Positions 22,838 through 32,000 of a stretch of 32,000 bases of DNA are shown piece after piece. A program made the position numbers and the translations under genes. The stretch comes from Micrococcus luteus NCTC 2665. Lineage in GTDB: Bacteria; Actinomycetota; Actinomycetes; Actinomycetales; Micrococcaceae. Under the pieces are notes generated by a model, which saw only the letters and a program-made list of their open reading frames with translations, was not told the DNA's origin and made no database searches. Numbering within the stretch: the first letter of the stretch is position 1; the number at the start of each line of letters is the position of its first letter. Location of the stretch: contig NC_012803.1 in NCBI RefSeq assembly GCF_000023205.1, positions 390,001 through 422,000 on the forward strand, written 5' to 3'.

Positions 22838-23827
22838 ATGCTGACCGCAGTGGAACTGGGTCTGATCTACGCCGTCGTCGCGCTCGGCGTGTACCTGACC
22901 TTCCGCATCCTCGACTTCCCCGACCTCACGGTGGACGGCTCGTTCACCACCGGCGCCGCCACGGCCGCCGTGCTCATCACGGGCGGCACGCCGGTGCCCC
23001 TGGCCATGCTCGCCGCCTTCGTGGCGGGCGCGCTCGCGGGCCTCGTCACCGGCCTGCTGCACACCAAGGGCCGGATCGACGGCCTGCTCGCCGGCATCCT
23101 CACGATGATCGCGCTCTACTCGATCAACCTGCGGATCATGGGCAAGGCCAACATCCCCCTGCTCGGCCAGGACACCCTGTTCACGTGGCTCGACGACCTG
23201 GGCCTGGCCCGGAACTGGGGCTCGATCCTCGTGCTCTTCCTCGGCGTGTTCGTGGTGAAGCTGATCCTCGACTGGTTCCTGCACACGGACCTGGGCCTCG
23301 CCCTGCAGGCGACCGGTGACAACGAGGAGATGATCCGCTCGTACGGCGTCTCCACGGACCGGATGAAGATCCTCGGCCTCATGATCTCCAACGGCCTCGT
23401 GGCCCTCGGCGGCTCCCTGCTGGCCATGTACCAGGGCTTCGCGGACATCTCCATGGGCATCGGCCTCATCCTCGTGGGCCTGGCGTCCGTGATCGTGGGC
23501 CAGGCCGTGTTCGGCCAGCGCACGGTCTTCTGGGCGACGCTCGCCGTGATCGTCGGCGCCGTGCTCTACCGCCTGATCATCCAGTTCGCCCTCAACGCGG
23601 GCCTGAGCCCGAACGACATGAAGCTGATCTCCGCGGCTCTCGTCGTCGTGGCCCTGCTGCTGCCGCGCTTCGGCTTCGCCAAGCGCCTGAGCCTGCGCAC
23701 TCGGGGCACGGCCGCGACCCCGGGGCCGGCCGCCGCCGCACCGGCCACCGCCGGCATGCCCCTGACCGGCGAGCCGGGCGGCGCCACCCCCGCCGCATCC
23801 GCCCCCGAGGAGGCCCCCCGTGCTTGA
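22838..23827 (+). CDS. ABC transporter permease (BPD_transp_2-like)
   Basis: Multiple hydrophobic spans (LGLIYAVVALGVYLTF, PLAMLAAFVAGALAGLVTGLL, and others). Pro/Ala-rich C-terminal tail. SD GAAAGG at 22822-22827. Confidence 0.88.
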   Translation: MLTAVELGLIYAVVALGVYLTFRILDFPDLTVDGSFTTGAATAAVLITGGTPVPLAMLAAFVAGALAGLVTGLLHTKGRIDGLLAGILTMIALYSINLRIMGKANIPLLGQDTLFTWLDDLGLARNWGSILVLFLGVFVVKLILDWFLHTDLGLALQATGDNEEMIRSYGVSTDRMKILGLMISNGLVALGGSLLAMYQGFADISMGIGLILVGLASVIVGQAVFGQRTVFWATLAVIVGAVLYRLIIQFALNAGLSPNDMKLISAALVVVALLLPRFGFAKRLSLRTRGTAATPGPAAAAPATAGMPLTGEPGGATPAASAPEEAPRA

Positions 23828-24611
23828 GATCTCGCAGGTCTCCAAGACCTTCTTCCCGAACACCGTCAACGAGCGGCGCGCGCTGCAGGACATCGACCTG
23901 CACCTGGCCGAGGGCGACTTCGTCACCGTGATCGGCTCGAACGGCGCCGGCAAGTCCACGATCCTGAACACGATCGCAGGCAAGCTGCTCCCGGACACCG
24001 GCACCGTGGCCGTGGGCGGCAAGGACGTCACCCGCATGCCGGACCACCGCCGCGCGGCCTCGATCGGCCGGGTGTTCCAGGACCCGACGGCGGGCACGGC
24101 CCCGAACCTCACGATCGAGGAGAACATGGCCCTGGCCTGGCGACGCGGGCACGCCCGCGGGCTCTCGCGGGGCGTCTCCCGCGCCCGGCGCGCGATGTTC
24201 CGCGACGAGCTCACGAAGCTCGAACTCGGCCTGGAGAACCGCCTCACCGCCAAGGTGGGGCTGCTCTCCGGGGGCCAGCGTCAGGCGTTGAGCCTGCTCA
24301 TGGCCACGTTCTCCGGCCCGAAGATCCTGCTGCTGGACGAGCACACCGCCGCCCTGGACCCGTCCCGGGCGGAGCTGGTGACCCGCCTGACCCGGCAGGT
24401 GGTGGCCGAGCACCGGCTCACCACGCTGATGGTCACGCACAACATGTCCCAGGCCCTCGAGGTCGGCAACCGGCTGATCATGATGCACGACGGCCGGATC
24501 ATCCTCGAGCTGGACGAGCAGGAGAAGGCCGGGCGCACCCCGGCGGACCTGTTGGCCGAGTTCGGCAAGATCAAGGGCGCCGTCGTGGACGACAAGACCA
24601 TGCTGTCCTGA
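23820..24611 (+). CDS. ABC transporter ATP-binding protein
   Basis: GTG 23820 follows GAGGAGG and overlaps the permease gene by 8 nt. Walker A GSNGAGKST, signature LSGGQRQAL, Walker B ILLLDEHTAALD. Confidence 0.93.
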   Translation: MLEISQVSKTFFPNTVNERRALQDIDLHLAEGDFVTVIGSNGAGKSTILNTIAGKLLPDTGTVAVGGKDVTRMPDHRRAASIGRVFQDPTAGTAPNLTIEENMALAWRRGHARGLSRGVSRARRAMFRDELTKLELGLENRLTAKVGLLSGGQRQALSLLMATFSGPKILLLDEHTAALDPSRAELVTRLTRQVVAEHRLTTLMVTHNMSQALEVGNRLIMMHDGRIILELDEQEKAGRTPADLLAEFGKIKGAVVDDKTMLS

Positions 24612-24701
24612 GCGCTCCGTCCGGCCTCCCCGTCCCCGGCCCGCCCCTCCGCCCCACGGCGGGCGGGCGGGCCGGCCGTTCTCACCGGCGCGGCCGCGGG
24701 G

Positions 24702-24707
24702 TAGCGT
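24702..24707 (+). promoter_or_regulatory. -10-like TAGCGT 6 nt before the glgE GTG (leaderless candidate)
   Basis: TAGCGT-CGTGGC-GTG (24714). Confidence 0.35.
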
Positions 24708-24713
24708 CGTGGC

Positions 24714-26813
24714 GTGAGCACCGTGAAGCCCGACACCCAGAGCGCCGCCGCAGCCGATGTCCGCCTCCAGACCGTCACGGGGCGCATCCCGGTGATGGAC
24801 GTGCAGCCCGTGGTGCTGGACGGCCGGTTCCCGGCCAAGGCCGTGGTCGGCGAGGACATCCCCGTCCGCGCCACCGTGTTCCGCGAGGGCCACGACTCCG
24901 TGCGCGCCACCGTCCGCCTGCTCGACCCGGCCGGCGCCGAGGTGCAGCGCGTGCAGATGCGTCCGGGCCGGCCCGGGCTGGACGAGGTCGTGGCCACGCT
25001 GCGGCCCGCCGAGCCGGGCCTGCACCAGTTCGTGGTCGAGGGCTGGGACGACCCGGTGGGCTCGTGGAAGCACGCGGCCACCGTCAAGATCGCCGCCGGC
25101 ATCGACGTGGAGCTGATGCTCGCCGAGGGCGCCGCCCTGTTCCGCCGGGCCGCCGAGGACGCGGAGCGCTCGGCCGAGGACCGCGCCGTGTTCGAGGAGG
25201 TCGTTCGCGGCCTCGAGGACGAGTCCCTCATCCCGGCCCAGCGCCTGGCCTCCGCCGAGTCGGCGGAGGTGTCCGCCGTCCTCCACGCCCGCCCCGTGCG
25301 GGAGCACCTCACGAGCTCCGAGCTCTACCCGCTGGACGTGCAGCGTGAGCTCGCCGGGCGCGGCGCCTGGTACGAGTTCTTCCCCCGCTCCGAGGGCGCC
25401 CGCTTCGACGAGGCCACCGGCACGTGGTCCTCCGGCACCTTCGCGACGGCGGCCCGCCGGCTCCCGGCGGTCGCCCGGATGGGCTTCCAGGTGGCCTACC
25501 TGCCGCCGATCCACCCGATCGGCACCTCGCACCGCAAGGGTCCGAACAACACGCTGACGGCCGGGCCGCAGGACCCGGGCTCGCCGTGGGCGATCGGCGC
25601 GCCCGAGGGCGGACACGACGCCGTGCACCCGGACCTGGGCACCGTCGAGGACTTCGAGGCGTTCGTGGCCGCGGCCGCGGACGCGGGCCTCGAAGTGGCC
25701 CTGGACCTGGCCCTGCAGTGCTCCCCGGACCACCCGTGGGTCGCCGCGCACCCGGAGTGGTTCACCACCCGCGTGGACGGCACCATCGCGTACGCGGAGA
25801 ACCCGCCGAAGAAGTACCAGGACATCTACCCGCTGAACTTCGACAACGACCCGGACGGCCTCGCCCAGGCGGTGCTGGACGTGGTGCGGGGCTGGGTCGC
25901 CCGCGGCGTGCACATCTTCCGCGTGGACAACCCGCACACCAAGCCCCTGTGGTTCTGGGAGTGGCTGATCGCGAAGGTCCGCGCCGAGGAGCCGCGCGCC
26001 GTGTTCCTCGCCGAGGCCTTCACCCGTCCCGCGATGATGCACGCCCTGGGCAAGGTCGGGTTCCAGCAGTCCTACGGGTACTTCACCTGGCGGAACACCG
26101 CCGAGGAGCTCGCGGAGTACCTCCAGGAGATCTCGCACGAGACGCCGGCGTTCTACCGCCCCAACCTCTTCGTCAACACGCCGGACATCCTCACGGAGTA
26201 CCTGCAGCACGGCGGCCCGGGCGCGTTCCGGATCCGCGCCGTCGTCGCCGCGATGGCCAGCCCGCTGTGGGGCGTCTACGCCGGGTTCGAGCTGTTCGAG
26301 CACGTGGCCCGGCCCGGCGCGGAGGAGTACATCGACAACGAGAAGTACGAGTACCGGCCCCGGGACTGGGAGGGCGCGGAGGCCGCGGGTGCCTCGCTCG
26401 CCCCGTACCTCACCCGGCTCAATGAGATCCGCGCGGCGCACCCGGCGCTGGGCGACCTGCAGAACCTGACCCTGCACGCCTCGACGCACCCGGACCTGCT
26501 CGTGTTCTCGAAGACGCGCTCGGCCCGGCCCGAGGGCGCGCACCGGGACGCCGAGGCGGTCACCGACGTCGGTCCCGCGGAGGACACCCTGATCGTCGTC
26601 GTCACCACGAACCCGCACGACGTCGTCGAGGCGACCCTGGACCTGGACCTCGAGGCGCTGCGTCTGCGCCCCGAGGACCGCGACGCGTCCGGGGCCGTCG
26701 AGGTGGAGGACCTGCTCACCGGCCAGCGCTGGCAGTGGGGCCGCACCCCGTACGTCCGCCTGGACCCGAACGTCGAGCCCGCCCACGTCCTGCGGGTCGT
26801 CCGGAACGGCTGA
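24714..26813 (+). CDS. glgE: Alpha-1,4-glucan:maltose-1-phosphate maltosyltransferase
   Basis: [39 protein letters not shown]-domain. Catalytic region [18 protein letters not shown] and [12 protein letters not shown]. Confidence 0.93.
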   Translation: MSTVKPDTQSAAAADVRLQTVTGRIPVMDVQPVVLDGRFPAKAVVGEDIPVRATVFREGHDSVRATVRLLDPAGAEVQRVQMRPGRPGLDEVVATLRPAEPGLHQFVVEGWDDPVGSWKHAATVKIAAGIDVELMLAEGAALFRRAAEDAERSAEDRAVFEEVVRGLEDESLIPAQRLASAESAEVSAVLHARPVREHLTSSELYPLDVQRELAGRGAWYEFFPRSEGARFDEATGTWSSGTFATAARRLPAVARMGFQVAYLPPIHPIGTSHRKGPNNTLTAGPQDPGSPWAIGAPEGGHDAVHPDLGTVEDFEAFVAAAADAGLEVALDLALQCSPDHPWVAAHPEWFTTRVDGTIAYAENPPKKYQDIYPLNFDNDPDGLAQAVLDVVRGWVARGVHIFRVDNPHTKPLWFWEWLIAKVRAEEPRAVFLAEAFTRPAMMHALGKVGFQQSYGYFTWRNTAEELAEYLQEISHETPAFYRPNLFVNTPDILTEYLQHGGPGAFRIRAVVAAMASPLWGVYAGFELFEHVARPGAEEYIDNEKYEYRPRDWEGAEAAGASLAPYLTRLNEIRAAHPALGDLQNLTLHASTHPDLLVFSKTRSARPEGAHRDAEAVTDVGPAEDTLIVVVTTNPHDVVEATLDLDLEALRLRPEDRDASGAVEVEDLLTGQRWQWGRTPYVRLDPNVEPAHVLRVVRNG

Positions 26814-26853
26814 GCCGCTCCCGACGCCCGCCGTCCCCAGAACAGGAACCGCC

Positions 26854-29184
26854 ATGACCCCGTCCGCCGCCCCCCGTCCCGCCGTCGCCCCGCTCGCCGT
26901 GGACCCGGAGGTGCTGGCCGCCGTCGCGCAGGGCCGGCACCACGATCCGCACACCGTGCTGGGCGCCCACCCGCATCCCGACGGCGCCGCGGTCACCTAC
27001 CGTGTGCTGCGCCCGCTGGCGCGCACGGTCACGGTGGTCCGCGCCGGCGACGGGCAGCGGGTGGAGCTGACGCACGAGCACGACGGCGTGTTCGCGGGCG
27101 TGGCCCCGACGCCCCGCGTGGCCGGGGCCGCCGCAGGCGACTACCGCGTCGAGGTGGTGTACGAGACCGAGGACGGCACGACCGGCCCCGTCCAGGAGCA
27201 GGACGACGCGTACCGGCACCTGCCCACGCTCGGCGAGCTGGACCTGCACCTGATCGGGGAGGGCCGGCACGAACGGCTGTGGGAGGTGCTCGGCGCGCGC
27301 GTGGTCCGCACCTCCGCCGACGAGGCCGTCGGCACGGCCTTCGCGGTCTGGGCGCCGAACGCGCGGGCCGTGCGCGTGGTGGGCGACCACAACGGCTGGG
27401 ACGGCCGGACCCACGCCATGCGGTCCCTCGGCTCCTCCGGCGTGTGGGAGCTGCTGGCGCCCGGCGTCGGTCACGGCGACCGCTACAAGTTCGAGATCCT
27501 CGGCCGGGACGGGCTCTGGCGGCAGAAGGCGGACCCGATGGCCCGCTGGACGGAGGTCCCCCCGGCCACGGCCTCGCGTGTGCTGGAGTCCGACTACGCC
27601 TTCGGGGACCGCACCTGGATGGAGCGCCGCCGCGTCACGGACCCGCACGAGCGCCCGCTGAGCATCTACGAGGTGCACCTGGGCTCGTGGCGGCCCGGGC
27701 TCGACTACCGCGAGCTGGCCGAGCAGCTCGTGGAGTACGTGCAGTGGCTGGGGTTCACGCACGTGGAGTTCCTGCCGGTCGCGGAGCATCCGTTCGGCGG
27801 GTCCTGGGGCTACCAGGTGACCGGCTACTACGCCCCCACCTCCCGGTTCGGCTCCCCGGACGAGTTCAAGCACCTGGTGGACGCGCTGCACCAGGCGGGG
27901 ATCGGCGTCATCGTGGACTGGGTGCCGGCGCACTTCCCGAAGGACGAGTGGGCGCTCGCGCGCTTCGACGGGACCGCCCTGTACGAGCACCCGGACCCGC
28001 GGCGGGGCGAGCATCCGGACTGGGGCACCCTCGTGTTCGACTTCGGCCGCACCGAGGTCCGCAACTTCCTCGTGGCCAACGCGCTCTACTGGCTCGGCGA
28101 GTTCCACATCGACGGGCTGCGTGTGGACGCCGTCGCCTCGATGCTCTACCTGGACTACTCGCGCGAGGACGGGCAGTGGGAGCCCAACGTGCACGGCGGC
28201 AACCACAACCTCGAGGCCATCGACTTCCTGCGCGAGGTCAACGCGACCGTGTACCGCCTGCACCCCGGCGTCCACATGATCGCGGAGGAGTCCACGGCCT
28301 TCTCCGGGGTGAGCGCTCCCGTGGACGCGGGCGGTCTCGGCTTCGGCAAGAAGTGGAACATGGGCTGGATGCACGACACCCTGGCCTACCTGTCCCAGGA
28401 CCCGGTCAACCGCCGGTGGCACCACGGGCAGTGGACGTTCTCCATGGTGTACGCCTACTCGGAGAACTACGTGCTGCCGCTGTCCCACGACGAGGTCGTC
28501 CACGGCAAGGGCTCTCTGCTGGGCCGCATCCCGGGCGACCGCCGGCAGCAGCTGGCCACCCTGCGCGCCTACTACGGGTACATGTGGGCGCACCCCGGCA
28601 AGCAGCTGCTGTTCATGGGCGGGGAGTACGCGCAGCCGAGCGAGTGGTCCGAGGGAGAGGGCCTGGACTGGCCCGTCTCATGGGACGAGGCGCACCGCGG
28701 GGTCCAGCTGACGATCCGGGAGCTCAACGCGCTCTACCGCAGCAAGCCGGCGCTGTGGTCGCTGGACCACAGCCCGGAAGGATTCTCGTGGGTGGACGGC
28801 GGCGACGCTGACGGCAACACGCTCGTATTCCTCCGCATGCCCGCGGCGCAGGTGGTGCCGGAGCCGCGGATCGACGACGACGGCGACGCGGTCCCGGCCG
28901 CCGAACCGGGCGGCGCCCCGCTGCTGTGCATCACCAACCTCTCGGGGTCGCCGCGTCAGGGCCTCCGGGTGGGGGTGCCGTCCGCGGGGGAGTGGACGGT
29001 GGTGCTGGACACCGACGCGATCGACTTCCACGGAGACGGCTGGCGGGAGCAGACCGGCCAGTCCGAGGTGGTCACTGCCCATGAGGGCCAGTGGCAGGGC
29101 CAGCCGGCCCACGTCACGGTGAACGTGCCGGCGCTGACCACCCTGTGGCTCCAGCCGAACCCGGACACGACGGGCACGCACTGA
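26854..29184 (+). CDS. glgB: 1,4-alpha-glucan branching enzyme
   Basis: GH13 motifs [46 protein letters not shown]. Lies 40 nt after glgE, with SD AGGAA. Confidence 0.95.
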   Translation: MTPSAAPRPAVAPLAVDPEVLAAVAQGRHHDPHTVLGAHPHPDGAAVTYRVLRPLARTVTVVRAGDGQRVELTHEHDGVFAGVAPTPRVAGAAAGDYRVEVVYETEDGTTGPVQEQDDAYRHLPTLGELDLHLIGEGRHERLWEVLGARVVRTSADEAVGTAFAVWAPNARAVRVVGDHNGWDGRTHAMRSLGSSGVWELLAPGVGHGDRYKFEILGRDGLWRQKADPMARWTEVPPATASRVLESDYAFGDRTWMERRRVTDPHERPLSIYEVHLGSWRPGLDYRELAEQLVEYVQWLGFTHVEFLPVAEHPFGGSWGYQVTGYYAPTSRFGSPDEFKHLVDALHQAGIGVIVDWVPAHFPKDEWALARFDGTALYEHPDPRRGEHPDWGTLVFDFGRTEVRNFLVANALYWLGEFHIDGLRVDAVASMLYLDYSREDGQWEPNVHGGNHNLEAIDFLREVNATVYRLHPGVHMIAEESTAFSGVSAPVDAGGLGFGKKWNMGWMHDTLAYLSQDPVNRRWHHGQWTFSMVYAYSENYVLPLSHDEVVHGKGSLLGRIPGDRRQQLATLRAYYGYMWAHPGKQLLFMGGEYAQPSEWSEGEGLDWPVSWDEAHRGVQLTIRELNALYRSKPALWSLDHSPEGFSWVDGGDADGNTLVFLRMPAAQVVPEPRIDDDGDAVPAAEPGGAPLLCITNLSGSPRQGLRVGVPSAGEWTVVLDTDAIDFHGDGWREQTGQSEVVTAHEGQWQGQPAHVTVNVPALTTLWLQPNPDTTGTH

Positions 29185-29510
29185 GGCGTGGTGCACGTCA
29201 CGATCGGCGGTCTTGGCGCGGGAGCGTCGAACGGGGCTGGCCAGGCCGAAGGAATCCGCGAGAACAGGCGGAAGTCGACCGCCCGCCCGGGACTGCACGC
29301 GGGGTGTCACCCCTGATTTTGTGTTCGGTGGGATTCGGGTGTAGAGTTCCATCTCGTGCTCAAGACGCCGACCGGGTGACCGGGAGGCGGGGTGAAGAAC
29401 ACAGAATCCGCGGATTCATGCCGAGAATGGCAGGTCCAGGGCGGGTGGTGCTCACCGGGTGCGCGGCCGGCAGTGATGCGGGTCGGGATTCCTGAAGAAG
29501 ATGATCTGGT

Positions 29511-29538
29511 TTGACAGCCGGGGATCATGTGGTAAGGT
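29511..29538 (+). promoter_or_regulatory. rrn promoter P1 candidate
   Basis: TTGACA (29511-29516), 16-nt spacer, TAAGGT (29533-29538). Confidence 0.6.
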
Positions 29539-29594
29539 TTTCGAGGCCTTCCACGTGGATGGTCCGGTGAGTGTCTGGCCCCGCGGAAGCGGAG

Positions 29595-29622
29595 TTGACA
29601 TTGTCGGATCGCGTGGTAAGGT
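29595..29622 (+). promoter_or_regulatory. rrn promoter P2 candidate
   Basis: TTGACA (29595-29600), 16-nt spacer, TAAGGT (29617-29622). It shares GTGGTAAGGTTTTC with P1. Confidence 0.6.
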
Positions 29623-29670
29623 TTTCTAGCCCGGCCATGTGAACGGACGGTGAATGCTTCGGACACGGAG

Positions 29671-29700
29671 TTGACACGGTCGAAACGGATGGTCTAGGAT
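29671..29700 (+). promoter_or_regulatory. rrn promoter P3 candidate
   Basis: TTGACA (29671-29676), 18-nt spacer, TAGGAT (29695-29700). Preceded by CGGAG, as P2 is. Confidence 0.6.
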
Positions 29701-29758
29701 GGAGAAGTTGCTCCAGAGCGAAACGGCCCGCGGAGCGGGTCGCTGAAGCTGGAAGCGC

Positions 29759-29784
29759 CTGTTGTTTGAGAACTCAATAGTGTG
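29759..29784 (+). promoter_or_regulatory. BoxA-like antitermination/processing element in the rRNA leader
   Basis: CTGTTGTTTGAGAACTCAATAGTGTG. A near-identical copy lies in the ITS at 31731-31767. Confidence 0.6.
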
Positions 29785-29925
29785 CCAAGTTTGTTGATGC
29801 CAATTGTTTTAACACATATTGGTTGATCGTCGCCTGCCACCCCCGTGGTGTGGTGATGGTCTGCTAGGTATTGAATGGATGTCGTGGTGGTTATTTCCGG
29901 CTGCCACGGTGTTGTTCTGTAATTT

Positions 29926-31886
<1,961 letters not shown>

Positions 31887-32000
31887 GTGAAAGTTTCCAA
31901 GGGCGCATGGTGGATGCCTTGGCAACAGGAGCCGAAGAAGGACGTGGGAATCTGCGATAAGCCTGGTGGAGTCGATAACCGGACGTTGAGACCAGGATTT
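31887..32000 (+). rRNA. rrl: 23S ribosomal RNA, 5' end only (truncated by window)
   Basis: AAGGGCGCATGGTGGATGCCTTGGCA...GAAGGACGTGGGAATCTGCGATAAGCC is the conserved 23S 5' domain. The start is placed by analogy with E. coli spacing, +/- 10 nt. Confidence 0.9.

Noticed and set aside
21610-28593. Long minus-strand ORFs (409, 526, 1134 and 625 aa) antisense to the ABC genes, glgE and glgB
   Set aside because: These are high-GC antisense artefacts. The sense frames carry Walker, ABC-signature and GH13 motifs.
29404-29417. Perfect 14-bp palindrome GAATCCGCGGATTC upstream of the rrn promoters
   Set aside because: A perfect 14-bp palindrome is expected about once or twice by chance in 32 kb (4^-7 per position). 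It is isolated and has no second copy, so it is not strong enough to call an operator.

Overview
Very GC-rich actinobacterial chromosomal DNA. From memory, the V1-V3 regions of the 16S gene at the right end read like Micrococcus (M. luteus group); I could not run a search. I call 26 protein-coding genes, 2 tRNAs (Ser-UGA, Thr-CGU) and the start of an rrn operon: three tandem promoters, 16S, a tRNA-free ITS and the 5' end of 23S.

The content is mostly housekeeping. Several blocks match synteny known from other Actinobacteria such as M. tuberculosis: gpm-senX3-regX3 (here with phoU inserted), lpqE-like/carD/ispD/ispF/cysS/rlmB, tmk-holB, and glgE-glgB. There is also a three-gene ABC importer, a quinone oxidoreductase and a HAD hydrolase.

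I saw no transposase, integrase, phage gene, CRISPR array, toxin-antitoxin or recognisable defence gene. I do not find convincing evidence for a wholly new multi-gene system here.

The most unusual observations are:
1. A co-directional pair of secreted enzymes, a 5'-nucleotidase and an ExeM/NucH nuclease, that share a nearly nucleotide-identical C-terminal (D/E)HPGKG repeat tail. They are preceded by direct repeats that fit the actinobacterial PHO-box consensus.
2. A second PHO-box-like repeat pair in the phoU/senX3 divergent promoter.
3. An SD-preceded ATG for the nuclease that sits one base out of frame across a G5/C5 run.
4. Seven genes with a TANNNT hexamer 6-7 nt before the start codon, which predicts leaderless mRNAs.
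5. A fused ispDF gene.
6. A repeat-bearing 233-nt leader ahead of the ABC importer.
7. A duplicated promoter module and a duplicated boxA-like element in the rrn operon.

The many long antisense or alternative-frame ORFs in the track are treated as high-GC artefacts.
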